A stretch of 64,000 nucleotides of DNA from Phaeosaccion multiseriatum (taxonomy: Eukaryota; Protista; Ochrophyta, other classes): assembly GCA_965112735.1 (NCBI GenBank), contig OZ218953.1:5270001-5334000 (forward strand). Reading direction: 5' to 3'. A program made the position numbers and the translations under genes. How positions within the stretch are numbered: the first letter of the stretch is position 1; every line of letters starts with the position of its first letter. Below are positions 21,535 to 34,372 of this stretch, piece after piece. The notes below the pieces were generated by a model. That model was not told the origin of the DNA and searched no databases. It saw nothing but the letters and a program-made list of their open reading frames with translations.

Positions 21535-23691
21535 AGAAAGCGAGAGGTACAAAGAGAAGGCGCAAAGAATCATCGCCAGGGAAGCTTCCAGTTGAGGAGG
21601 AAGAGGACGGAGAGCTTAAAGCGGCGAAGGGCAAAGGAAGTGTCGACACAGCAGAACCTGACACTTCGCGGGTGGCGGTGCCAGAGGCTTCCTCATTCGG
21701 GGGTGGCGGTATTGGTGGACTTTTATCGAACTTGCTGAATCCGTCAGCCTCGCCTCTGGCAAGCGCAGACGCAGCAGCGGGAGGAGGCGCAGAAGAGAGC
21801 GGAGTGCCCTCCTCCGAGCAAAAGGAAATCAAGCTCTTCCCCGCCCTCCGAGGCGTCATTCCGCAGATTTTCCTGACTGTGGGATCGGCCAAGCTTGTCA
21901 AGATGCTTCCGAATGACCAACCCACCACCATCCGCAAAGCGCGGATAATTTTCTGTGTGTACTTTGCTGTCTTTCAGGTGAGTGAGGGAGGAAGGAGGGA
22001 GGAAGGAAGAAAGCGAGGAAGGGGCCTGTGGTATGGGCGGCAAGGTGGTGTTTCCACGAGCGGCGGTACGCATCACATCGTGAGGCGCCCTGGATCTTCA
22101 CTCTTCTGCGTTCGTCCTTCCTTTCCCCTCCCGCGTCTGCCCCCCCAATTGCCAACTGGCCCCTGACACGTGGCGCCTTCCCCTCCATCCTTTCGCTTTG
22201 CTCTTTTCGCCGGTGCAACTCTGCATTTTCTTGGGCCCCGGGCTCTGACAAACAAACAGGTGGTGTCCATGGTCCTTCGTGTGCTCATTTGGAAGAAGAA
22301 CGACCAAACAATGCTGGAGATTCCTCCCCCTCAGAAGATGATGGAGCTGCTCAGCAAGAGCATCGACAATACGGAGATTCAAGGCATGGTGCAGAAGCCC
22401 TTGACGAGAAAAGTGTCCATCAAAGCCTACGACATGGGCGTAATCGATGGTGCGCAACAAAGACTGGGCCGGGAGGGAGAGGGAGAGGGGGGGGGGGGGG
22501 AGGACAACCCCCTATGGCCGTCGTCTGTCAATGAGACGACGAAAGAAGAGCCCCGCGGAAGCTTCTCAGAGAAGCGAGCATTATCATATCACACGCGGCT
22601 CTCTTCAGTCCTGCGCGTGGCCTCAGAGTGCTCTGCCCCCGCCTCAACCCTAACCCGCACCCGTCCCCTGGCGGTCGTGCCTTTCTATGGTGCCTCGCTA
22701 TGGTGTGTCTCTTATCCTCACCCTCCACCCCCCACCCCTCAGGCCTGCGCCGCAGCCAAGTAATGCAGTCGGTCTTCATGACCTTTCTGCACATGCGAAT
22801 GGGCATGATCAAGCCCATCGTCTTCCAGGTGTGTCTGGATTGCCATCTGCGCGTGTAGGTTACCATCCCTCCTCTGAATGTGCTTCAAAGAACTTGAAAG
22901 TCAATGAAGGGTGGGAATGTCTGGGCTCGGGTCTCGTCAGGCTGCGGTAAAAGTCGAGCAGTGAGAGCTGTGTGTGTGTGCTTAGAAGATTGGGGGGTGG
23001 GGGTGGGGGACTGACTACTGCCGCCCCTCTGACGACGAGCCATGAGCAGTAAAGCGCTCTTCGCTGGGTGGTGCTGCTCTTGCTTCTGCTGGTGCTGATG
23101 CTGCTGCTACTTGCAGTGATTGTGAGCAGGGGGGTGGAGCGTCCCTCCTTCTCCCCCCAACCACCTCTTTCTGACTTGTCGAATGACTTTGTGCACTCCC
23201 AATCGCCTCTGCTTGTTGTGTCTCTGAATGCGCCTGCCCAGGCCGTGTACGGTACCTGGGGCTTACTCAACAACCCTTTGGTCCACATCTATCTGTTGGG
23301 GAGGAAGGCAGAGGGGCGCAGGGAGCGGCCCTTCCGCCCCCCTGCAGGCATGAAGGACATTCAAGCCTTCATGGCACAGGAGCAGAAGAAGATGGAGGCC
23401 AGTCTCGCCGAGAAAGAGGCAGCAGCAGCAGCAGCAGAGGAAGCAGCGGCAGCAGCGGAAGAAGGGGGAGGAGACAACAGCAGCCACGACGATAGTATCA
23501 AAGTAGCATCAACAAAAGCAACAGCAGCAGCAAAAGAGGAAACGGGGCCTACGGTGGAGGAAGATGAAGACGTCGACATTGAGGTGGCGGATTTGGGTGA
23601 CATGTACGGGGAGGAGGAGGGCGACGGGGAAGAGGGAGGAGGGGAGGGGGAAGTGGCAGGCGGGTCCTCCGGCTCGGCCGAGAAGGAGTAG
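21171..23691 (+). CDS. Pho88/SND3-family ER membrane protein with long N-terminal extension. Exons approx 21171(or 21183)-21977, 22260-22449, 22744-22828, 23242-23691
   Basis: IWKKNDQTML...VSIKAYDMGVID...FMTFLHMRMGMIKPIVFQAVYGTWGLLNNPLVHIYLLGRKAEGRRERPF matches the recalled Pho88 pattern (KKND..L, YD, H..PL..Q, PLV.IH..G..A.G...RPF). Confidence 0.82.
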
Positions 23692-24091
23692 GGAGGCGGC
23701 AAGAAGCAAGGGTGCGTGCTTTAGTGGCAGCGGGTCACTCACTCACTTCCGCCGACCGACAGGGCAGAGACTCATCGTGCGCTGTATGTGTGGGAGCTCG
23801 CAGCAAGTGTCTTGCTGCTGTAACATGGTTTTACCCCTCTCTTGAGGGTGTGCTATATTTTACTTTGCAACGTCGCACGTTCTTCTCCCCAACCCCATTT
23901 TCATACACCACGCCCTCTTGCGTGGTTTGTTTGTCTGTCTGTTCCTTTGTTTCTTACTGTGTGCTGCCGTGATGAAACAGTAACACAACAGTCCGCTTTC
24001 ACCCCCAATAATTACTCCATACCCTTCTTTGTACCGCATACACGACAACGCCCTTCTCGAGCGCTTTATGGCATATCTTACCCACGCTGCA

Positions 24092-25698
24092 TCACGCCCT
24101 TATCAACCCAGGTCGCCTGAGACTTAATTATACCTACCTACCTACCTACCTCCTTCCTACCTACCTATATACCACCCCCCCCCACCAACTCTACAATTAT
24201 ATACCGGCCGACTGCGACATGGGAGGAGAGGAGCTCACCTCAATTTCATAAGGACGATTGAGGCAAAGGCGATGAGTCCCACGAAGACCGTCACCCAGGC
24301 CTTGTACACCTCCACATCATCCTCCTCGTCCTCCTCCTCCGAGCGCGCATTGGGCAGCTGGCCGTCTCTCCCCGTCTTGCTGCTGCTGTTGGTGCTGCTG
24401 TTGGTCCTGCCACGTCCACCTCCCACACGCCCCTGCTGCTCCTGCTGTGCCAGCAGACGCTTGAGGTTCTCGTTCTCCGAAACGAGTCTGTGATACTCTT
24501 GCAGAATCTCATTGGACACCTCTGGAGACACCCCTTGCCCTTCCTGGGCCTGGTGGGCAACGCTGTGATAGTCCAAGGCTGCCACAGTAGCGGCGGCTGC
24601 CTCTGCTGCTGCGCTCGAGCACACCCTCCTCCTATTCTTTGTGGCCGTTTCCAGCTGCTGCACCACCGCGTCGCTCGCTACAATATCCCTGGCCACACCC
24701 AATGCCTCCCGCGCTACTTCACTATGGGAGCAGGCCACCATCCCGCTGGCCCTGCAGTAGTCTCCCACGGCCGAAAAGGCTCCAGAAGCCCAGGAGGTCT
24801 CCAGCTCGTCGCGATCGCGTTCGGAGTAATCGGAGAGGGTCCTCTGGCGTGCGTCCCTTCCCGGGCTAGTGTCCTGACACTGGTCTTCGCCCTCAAGCGC
24901 CGAGCCTGGGGGGTTAGACCCGCGCCGTATGCTGTCAGCAGGTGATAGTGTGGGCAGTAAGCCGCCTTGGTGGGGAAGTTGAGGACAGAGCGGAATGGGG
25001 GGGCGAGGAAGAGGACGGTAGGATGGTTAGTCATGGGTTGGGAAAAGGGTGTGGGGACACTCTTTCTGTGATGAGGAAGGAACGGTGGGAGAGAGGGGGC
25101 AAGAGCTGGACTGGACCTTACCGATATAGGAGGTGGCGACATCAATTACTTTTCGCATGCCTTGATGAGGGCTCGGTGGCTGCTTCTCGACTTCGGAGGC
25201 TTTCGTTACGGGAGGTGGGAGGTGGGGGGGATGGGCGCAGTTTGGGCATGAGCACGGGTGCAGGAGGAGTAATCAGTGGAACGGAATTGGCAAGGAGGTG
25301 GAGCATGCGCAGGGGAGCAGGAGGACTGAGCAGTGGAACGAAAGGGGGCTCACGAAAAGGATGAAGGGAAGAAGACATGAAACATGAAGAGGGATTTCAG
25401 CTCTTTCTTCTCAACTCAACTCACCGTCACTCAGTCGGATCGTGAGAGGGATGCCAACATCGGTCTGTTCATCCTGCTGCTTCTGCGGCGGTCCTTCTGT
25501 CTCTACCGGCGCTGCTGCTCCCGGTTTCTCAGGTGGTGACATAATCACCCAGCTCGCGCTGCCCCCCCCTTGCCCTTGAGGTGTTGCCCGACACTGCGCA
25601 GGAGAGTTATTCTCTCTTGCTCTCAAGGCCGCCGCGCCGGCTACACCTCCTGCACCCGTCGCTCTCCAGGCCACTTGTGCCGCCTGCCTTGCCGCCAT
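24092..25698 (-). CDS. Hypothetical tail-anchored protein with organelle-like N-terminus. Exons approx 25698-25425, 25200-25121, 24905-24239, 24117-24092
   Basis: Phase-consistent GT-AG splicing gives a continuous ORF; short coiled coil (LQEYHRLVSENENLKRLL); single C-terminal TM AWVTVFVGLIAFASIVLM followed by basic KLRRPGLIRA*. Confidence 0.6.
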
Positions 25699-25943
25699 GA
25701 TTGCCTCCGCTCCTCTATCCTTCTCGTCTTCTTCCGACTCCTGCCCGCCCTCCGCTCTCCTCTGCTCTTACTCCTACCCTTTCGCCCCTCTGCACTTGAG
25801 TAAAGAAGAAATCTTTCTTCCTTTTTATGTATTCGTTCTTTCCTAAGCTACTCTCCGCCTACATTACACCCTCAAGTGCCATCTATGGTTGTCTAAAAGT
25901 AACGTCTCCTTTTTTTTAAGTGCCATCTAGCCCTCACTTTTAG

Positions 25944-26234
25944 TCGGCCCCTGACAAAGTTCTGTTCCAGGTTCTGGCCAGCCGGCCGGGTTCCAGGTTC
26001 TGGCCGGCGCCAGCCAGCCAGGTTCCAGGTTCTGGGGGAAAGCGTGTAATAGGTTCCAGGTTCCCCGGAAAAGCCGTGTAATAAGGCAATGATAAGGTCC
26101 CCCTGAACCTGGGTAGAACCTGGGTTCCAGGTTCTGGCCGGCGCCAGCCGGCCGGGTTCCAGGTTCTGGTCGGCGTCAGCCGGCCAGGTTCCAGGTTCTG
26201 GCCTGGGTCGCCTCAGAACCTTGTCACGGGCCGA
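25944..26234. mobile_element. 291-bp MITE-like element with 21-bp TIRs, 6-bp TSD (TTTTAG) and internal GGTTCCAGGTTC repeats
   Basis: TCGGCCCCTGACAAAGTTCTG ... CAGAACCTTGTCACGGGCCGA; TTTTAG at 25938-25943 and 26235-26240; about 7 direct copies of (G)GTTCCAGGTTC. Confidence 0.85.
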
Positions 26235-26623
26235 TTTTAGATTAGCGGGCCGCTCGTTTCGGGCGAGTCATTGATAATGAAACTGAAACCTGAAACCTCT
26301 TTTCCCTTTCCATCCCCCTCCTCCTCCCTCACGTCTCTCACTCGTCCCCCGACCCCTCCCTGCTACAATACACTCCATCCCTGCATTCTCTCCAGAGCAG
26401 CAGCAGTTCGGCCCCAAGCAGCACTTTTGGGGCATTTGACTCACGGCTGAAGCCTCTTCCGCCCTGGCTCTTGACTTCTGGCCGAAGGTCAGCCCTGGCT
26501 TTGGCTTTGGGCTTTCGGGTCTTGCTTGCTAGCTTCTGAGCTTCTGGCCCTTGGCCGCAGGCCAGCCCTGGCTTTTGGCCTCTGGGAGGGCCCAAAAGTC
26601 CTGCCTGGGGCCGAAGCAGTAGC

Positions 26624-29600
26624 TCACCGGAGCCACTCTGTGAAGTTGAGCTGGGCCAGCAAGTCGGCGACATGCGGGGCGTCACGGCTCTCGACGAGGC
26701 TCTCCAGGAGAGGCGTCAGTAAGCTCGCCTCACGGCGGAACGATTCAGAGAGCGAGTCGAGCTGAAACGCACTATCCGACGCTTCTCGGTCCTGCTGCTG
26801 CTGTTCCACCAACTGCTGTTCGTGGTGCCGCTGCAAATGTCCCTGATACACATGCGCATAGCTCAGCGAGGTCTTCCATAGAGTAGCAGACAAGCGAGAG
26901 GGAGGCAGGGGGGGGGGGGGGGGGAGGAATGAGGCAAGTACATTTCCACACGAGCAACTCGATGCATTCGATGCAAGCGCTACATCACAGCCCAGACATC
27001 CCGTTCGTCCGTGCATTCGTCCGTCACGTGCGTACATACGTACCTGGAGCATACTTCTGATGTGTCCAAGCACGCCCCTGTGCAGCGGCTGCAGGAAGCA
27101 TCGGTACAGCATGGCCTCTACACACGACTCGTGGAGGGCAGTCAGGTCCCGCACGGACTCCAGGCAACACGCTGCACGTGACGAGAGCAAGCCCCCTCGG
27201 GACAAGAACGGCGCCCACGACACCTCCACCACCTACAGAGGAGGCGCAATTGGTTCCGAGAGGGAGTATGAATGAGAGTTTGACATGCTTGACATATTTG
27301 ACATGTTTAGGCGGCAGCAACAGCAGCAGCAGCAGCAGCACCCTTAGACGAGGGGCCAGTCAGACATCAGACAGCAAAGGTACCCCCCCGACCATGGCTT
27401 AGGCTTAATGCCCGCACAGAGCACAACCAGTACTTACTCCATTCACTCACCTGTGTGGTAATGAACACGTACACCACCCTTGCAAAGTGCAGCAGCGTGC
27501 CGAGGTGGACGTGGTGCCTGTGCCACGCGCTCCTAGACTTGGGTCCTTCGCGCTTCTGCTCGTGCCCCTGCATCTTGCTCAGCTGCAGGGTCTGCAGAGG
27601 TGGGTAGGGGAGGAAGAAAGGTAGATGGGACGTCAGAACGTAAGATAGGTACTTAAGTACGTAGGTACGCAGTTGATACGTAGGAAGGAAGGAGGAAAGA
27701 GGGAGGAAGAAGGAGAAAAGCAGGTAGATGAGTAGGTAGATAAGCAGGTAAGACGTAGGTAGGTAGGTAGGTAAGAAGGGGAGGTCAGCGGTAGTGTGTG
27801 TGTTCCCATATCTTTATCAGGGGGTAGGTGGTACGGTACACCCGACACACCAAAGAAGATAGACGGACGGATGGCAATCAATGGATGTAGACAGACGGGT
27901 GGCAATCAATGGGTGTATTGTAGCCAGACGGATGGATGGCAATCTGCAGGTGTTGAGCTTGACGGATGGCAGATCCAACGGCGTACCTCCACTGTGAAGG
28001 TCAGCTGCAGCAGCAGCGCCGTCACAAGCCCGTAGCGGCTGATGGACTCAGGGGAGGCCACCTCCGCGTACGGCCACGGGACCTCACACTCGAACCTCAG
28101 GCACTCGAACAGGCGCAGATCGATGCACTTAGTCGTCAGGAGGAAGGGCAATGGCAGAGCGCCGGCTGCGGGGGGGGGGCGCGAGGGCGAGTTGGCGAGT
28201 TGGCGAGTTGGTGAGTCGGTGGGGAGGTGGGAGTTGGGGAAAACGAGAGGGAGGTGAGATGATGTGAGGGAGGGGAGGAGAGGAGAGGAGAGGAGAATAA
28301 AGAATCTGTCCAGGATACAAAGAATCTATGGATGGTACGACAGAGTAGGGCCTTTCTTGGAGGGGAGAGCCATCCATTCCGTGAGACTGTGAAGCTGTCA
28401 GTCGTGGTGCTCCTACTCCCGCCCCAGCATTCATCGAGCAACTCCCCTCCCATGCACCTGTGCCGCGCCCCCCTTCCTGCTTCCCCACCTCCCACCCTCT
28501 TCCGCCTACTCATTCTCCCCCCCCCTTCCCTCTCGTCCTTCTCTTGCCTCACCTCCTCCCTCACTTCCTGCCCGGCCTGTAGACGACTCTTCCCTCCGGC
28601 GCTGCAGCAGCGTAATATCACAAATCACCTCTACAAAGTTGGTCAGGGGCACCCCCACACCTCGCAAGGGCCGGGCGAGTAAGCACGGAAGAGTAGCATC
28701 GCCGCCGCCGCCGCTGCCGCCGCCGCCCGGAGGTCGTTGACCCGAGCGTCCTCCCTCGCCTCCTCCTCCTGCCGCCGACCTTGTGGCTTGACTCTGCACG
28801 GCAATCGCCACAGAGGTCTGCAGCAGGTCTGTCAGTCGCCCCTTTTCGGAGAGGAGGAAGGGCAACGCCAAGGCTCCTCCTCCTCCTCCTCCTCCTCCTC
28901 CTTTGGAGAGCAATGGCCGGTGGCGCGGGTCTGCTGTGAGCTGTCGCAGGCAGGCGAAGAGCTCCTGCTGGAAGTGCGCCATGGTGTCTCCGTCCGCCAT
29001 GATCAAGACGCAGCGCAGCACGTGCAGGGCATCCGCCACGCGCAGCTCTTGGACAAAGCTGTGCAGGCACGCAGCGCTCACCCGCCTGTCATCCTCCACC
29101 CATCCATCCACCCATCCGTCCAACCAACAGACGAAAGCCAGCCAAAGAGAGCAGAGAGCACGGGGTCAGACTTAGGGAGGCAAACAAGGGAAAGAAAAAC
29201 ACCTCCAGCAGGCGGTATTCTAGGTGTCCACCAGTCCCCCTTGGTGTGGACTATTCCACAAAGTGTACCAGTCAACAGAGCCGCAGGTGGTGTGGGAAAC
29301 GCAGAGGAGAGCTCCACCCTCTAAATCGGGGGACCTCTCACAACCCAAGCCGTCCGTCCCTGCCTCCCCCCTCTACTCCCACCTTACCTTGCGCTCCTCC
29401 GGACGGCCGTGAGCAGGAAGTCGTCCCACACGACGGAGAAGGGCAGCTGCTCCTGTTGGTGCTGTACCACCAACTGCCGCTGCTGCTGTTTCACCAACCG
29501 CTCCTCGTTGCCGAGTCCCCAGCCTCGCTCCTCTCCTGCCGCTCCCGCCTGCTCCGCTCTCCTCGTCCCCCTCCTCCTCCTCCTCCTCCCCTCAAGAGTA

Positions 29601-32600
29601 CCCCCTTCGGCCCCGTTTAAAAACTTGAGACCGTCATTGTCGTTGTCCCTCTCCTCCAGGGTGTGCCATAAGAAGGGGTGAACTCTCCTGCGTCCCAAAG
29701 CCCCTTCCCCATCCACCAGTAAGCCCTCTCTGGCCGTGCCAGACTGGAAAGATGAGTCCCCAGGCAGCACCTCGATAGGAATAAGTAGGGCACATGAGTG
29801 GTCGGAGCCCCCCCCACCCTTGCAATCGTCGTCGTGCTTCTCCTTTTCGTCGCTCCGATTCCCCACAACCCCACCAGTTAGAGTTTCCGCTCTCCCACTT
29901 TTCTCAGCCTCCTCCATGTCTGACGTCCTCGCTCGCTCATCCAGCGCCGCTTCCCCTCCTCCTCCATCCTCTTCTTCTATTTCTTCTATACAATTGTCTT
30001 CACCTTCCTCTTCGTCCTGCTCCTTCTCTCCGTCCTTACCACTGACCATGACCCAAGCTGCGTCCCCTGCTTCTTCTTTCACCCAACGTTGGCCTCGCTG
30101 GAGCAACTCAGGTAGCGGAGCCTGAGCCCCTCCACCATATTGCTCTTCGCCTGCCCGCCCTCCTCCCTCTCCTCCGCCCCCCCCCGCTCTCCTCCTTGGC
30201 TCCTCCTGACCCCCTCCCTCTGCCCTCCTTTCTTTGCCACCCTGACCGTCGTGACTCCGATCCTTGGCTCGCAGCGTCCAAGCCTGGATGCTGGCACTGG
30301 CACTGGCACTGGCTCCGGCACTGCCATTGGCGCTCCTCGCCAAGTGCTCGACAGCGCTCATAAAGACTCGCCCCCAAGACTCACCCCCAGTGAGACCATG
30401 CTGTTGGTCACCTCGGGCTGACATGACAGCACACACACACACGCAGGTTGCACGGTTCAGAAACAAGAACAATGGACCAAGCAAGACAGGCTAACGGGTT
30501 AGTGGTAAGGAAAGACAGGTGATTCACGGAGTCACCTTTGGTTGGTGTGTATTCTGGCGCCCCTTTGTCGCCCGCTCTTTCCACGTCGGGGCGAGTTCTT
30601 CAACCCAATTCCCGCCCCCCCTTGTGTTCCCCCCTCTTATCCATCCCTCCCTCTCTCTCTCTCTTGTTCGTTCGCTCACCTCTTGCTTCTCTCCCTGCAC
30701 TCCCACCACTCCTCTTGCCTCTGGAACAAGCCTCCTGCCCAAAGCTCAGCTCCTGAATGGTCCTGCTCAGAGTGACTTCGTGCCCCGTCAACACCACGTC
30801 TCTACACAGAGGTTCGAGAAACTCCGGTAGGCCTTTGACGTGCACTACAACTCCGGTGGACGCCACAGCCACCACCTGCCCCGCTTCTCGTCTGTCTATG
30901 GCGACACCAGTCACACCACAAGCCCCCTCCTCATCACTTCCCTCCTCCACCCCTCCCTGGATGTTGTATCCCATGCTGCTTCGCCTGCTGCCCTGCTTTC
31001 TGCCTTTTCTACCAGGGGAGAGAGAAACCAGTCGGCCACTGCCTCGCGTGTGGTCCTCCTCCTCCCCCTCCTCCACACCCCCACCACTACCCCCCGTGTA
31101 CGCATCATTGGTGGCAAACGGCGACGGAGCCCATTCAGTTGCTTCCAGGGCTGCTCCCCCCCCCCCCTCCGCCGCTGCTGCTGCTGCTGCTGCTACTGCT
31201 ACTGCCTTTGCTGCTGCTTCTGCCGCCGGAAGTGAGAAGAAAACCTCCCCAAAGGGATCTTCCAAAATGCCGTCCAACAGCCAGCAGTCCACCATGCCCG
31301 CATACGGAGCCATGCTAGCGCAGAACAGAGACACGCGCCAGTCCATGTCCGTCCCGGCCTCATCACCACTCTCCCCACTTCCGCTCCCACTCCCACCGCC
31401 ACCACCACCGACTCTACCACCGCTTGCCGTCCGTACTGCTCCCTCACGTGTGGGTGCAGAGTGAGAGAGCCCTGCTGCCACGAGCTGATTGTACAGTCCG
31501 TCCAGGAGGTTCCGAGTGGACTCCCGGAGCGGCGGCCACGGGCAGGCAGTAGAGGGGGATGAGGAGGAGGAGGAGGAGGAGGAGGAGGAGGAGGAGGAGG
31601 AGGAGGAGGAGGAGGAGGAGGGGGGTTTCCTCGTGCTACTCTCCTGCTCATACACCCACCACCCCAAGCTTCCCCACACAAGCCTCTGTGCAGCGCTCAA
31701 TTGCGGCCGTAGCAGCGAGAGCTCCGCCTCCAACGCGAGGAGGGTGTCTACCTCCTGAGCAGCTTTGGCGACGGCGTCTGCGGCTCCGGATGACGAGGAC
31801 GAGCTTGACGACAGCGACCAGGGGCGCGCTCGCTTGTGTGTCTGCCGTGTGCGGTGCGTGCGGTGCTGTCTGGTGGTGGTGCCGAGGTTGCTTGTCGGTG
31901 AGGATGTCTGCGTGCGTTGCCGGACGTACATGCCCGCTTCTCTCTCTGTCAGAACGCCTTCGAAGGCGTCCAGCAGAGGGCGAAGAGCCGCCGCAAACGC
32001 CTCCATGACCTGTCCATACTTGACTCGCCTCTGGGGCCCACCCGTCAGGGCTTCCTCCCTGCGGAGAGAGAGAGTGAGCGAACGGTGAGGCCGCCGCCGG
32101 CCAACAGACGAGACGACGACAACGACCAGGGTAAAATTCACAAAAATATCTACACCCCTATTCTCAGCAATAAAGCACTCCCCTCTTTCAACCTCACCAC
32201 TGCACGTCGTTCCTTCGCAGACTCTCGCTAGAGACGTCCTCCAGAAACGCTCGGAGGTAGGCGCAAATGTTTCCAATCTCCAGAAAGCCGTTGAGCAGGC
32301 TTCGCAGGGACATGTGAGAGAGATGAAGGAGGGAGAGGCTCTTGGCCGCTGCAGACAGAGCCAGCGTGCCCTCGAATACCATCGAAGGAGACGAAGCATC
32401 CGACCACGCAGGCCTGTGGGAACGCCCCACATAGAAGAGAGGGCTGTCAAAGCCTTGCAGCATGGCCAGCACTTCCCGAAGCTTATCGAACGGCGTTGGG
32501 GAGGAGATGAGGGGCGGGGGGGGCAATAGAGGTGGAGGTTGGCGGACGTAGGGCGTGGGAAGGGACAGAGGGAAGGAAGGAGGCAGGATGGGGAGGAGAC

Positions 32601-34052
32601 GGGGGGCATGGAGGAGGCCAAGACAGCAAAAGTGAGGATGCAGATGGGTGTGAGCGACAGATAGAACAAACACCACTCCTCAGCTCTAGTATATACACCA
32701 CTGCTGTACCACTGCTCTGCTCGGCTCACCACGTCGGCCTCGGAGGTGTAATCGACCTCGGAGGAGGCGCCGCTGCCGCTGCCGAGGGGGTCTCGCATTC
32801 CCTGCGCGACCACCGCTTGCAGCACTTGGCAGGGGCGCGAGGGGGCTAGCCCGCCCTCGCCAGGCAGAGGCAAGTCGCTCTCCTCTCCCGGACGAACGGG
32901 AACGTACGTCGCTATGGCGCACTCTCGACCAAAGCTATTGTTGGGTGGTGTCTGCGACTGCTGACCCCCACCCTGCCCTCCGAAAGCGTGGTCAGTGGCG
33001 CCTATCTCCTCTTCCCCATGCGCCACAGTGCCGGAGCTCGCAACAGCAGCAGGAATAGTGGCATCATGCTCAGCAGCACGAGCGTCTTCATCTTCATCCT
33101 CATCTGTATCAGAGTGCTCGGAGTGCTCACTGTCTCCGCTCAAGCTGCCCCATCCTTGCTCGCTGCCGCTCTCATTCAGATTCAGTATGTCCAACCCTCC
33201 ATGCCTCTCTGTGGAGTGCGCAAACTCAAGTTCCCAGGCCGTCAGTTCCTCATCCGGAGGTTCCTGCTGCCCTTCCTTCTCAAGCCGCCGCCGCATCAGA
33301 GTGTCCTCATCCTCAGGCTCGGAATCGCTCCAGCCAGCAGCACCACTGTCCGCCGTTCCTTCCCATCCCCTTTCCCTTGTCTCCGCCTTTCTTCGTTCGT
33401 GATCGATGTGGGCCTCTTCAAGCGCGCGTGACAGATCCAAAGTCCTTTTCCCGCCCTTTGCGAGCACTTCCTTGTCCCCGCTACCGTAACGCGCCATCCT
33501 CCTTGCACTGACGCCGAACCAACGACCCCCTATGCCTTCTTCGTCATCATCAACGATGCACATGCCTTCCAGCTTCCGCTCAAACTCCTCCTCGTCGTCG
33601 TCCTCAGTGGCGTCGGCCTCGTGCCAAGCAGACTGCGTCATGTGTAGCAGCATCCACAATACCGCAAACGGCTGGGTCAAAGGAGAAGGAGGCACACCAT
33701 CCTCCTCTCCTCCTCCACCCACAGCATCGCCACGGCGCTCGAGGCCTCCACAGAGGCAAGACGCCAGCACCATCAGCCGCCGCGCGTCTTCTTGCCTGCC
33801 GAGCAAGAAATACTTCTCGCACCACCCCGTCAGCAGCTCCACCGTCTTGTTCTCCCCCACGTCCAAGTACGAGGCGTTGATTCCGACGGTATCCGCCCCC
33901 GACCCACCCATTCTGCCCAGTCTGGCCATCGCAAAGTCCATCGCCATGGCGTAATTCTCACTCCTCTCAGGTACGTGAAGCAGTTCCAGGTACTCCGAGA
34001 GGCCCACAGAAATGGCCTCGTCTCGTTCGAGAGAGAACCGAGAGGAAGCCAT
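26624..34052 (-). CDS. TUBGCP5: Gamma-tubulin complex component 5 (Spc97/Spc98 family), multi-exon with large low-complexity insertions
   Basis: N-terminal ENYAMAMDFAMARL...YLDVGENKTVELLTGWCEKY is GCP5-like. GRIP segments LREVLAMLQG, LFCASMAPYAGMVDCWLLDGILEDPFGEVFF, LPEFLEPLCRDVVLTG, LRVADALHVLRCVLIMADGD, FECEVPWPYAEV...YGLVTALLLQL, HHVHLGTLLHFARVVYVFITTQ; ends DLLAQLNFTEWLR*. Confidence 0.88.
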
Positions 34053-34372
34053 GATAGCAGAGAGCAGAGGGCCGACGGAAGGCCACAAGGCCAGTGCCGA
34101 CGACCAAAAAAAACTTTTTTCTTTGAGATTTTTGAAGCCGGTCTCGGATGGCAGCTCACGGGCACTGATGGCAGCTCACGGGAGGAGGAAACTGAGAGAA
34201 GAGAACAGCAAAAAGTGATTAAAGAGGCGCAAAAGGAATAGGGCCACGTCGAGACCCACACGGGGGCACACAGGCACTTGGTGTATGATCTACAGGTGCA
34301 GACTCTTTCTGGATGCTCAACACACGAGTGGGTGGCGCTGGGTTGGGAGTGGGTGGGCGAGGGGGCGAGCAT

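Noticed and set aside
30700-30725. Possible GC-AG donor in GCP5
   Set aside because: A canonical same-phase GT donor (AG|GTGAGC) exists at ~30680.
30600-34088. 1162-aa ORF as a single-exon protein
   Set aside because: It reads through GCP5 introns (e.g. ~32490-32730); the true exon 32487-32199 is in another frame.
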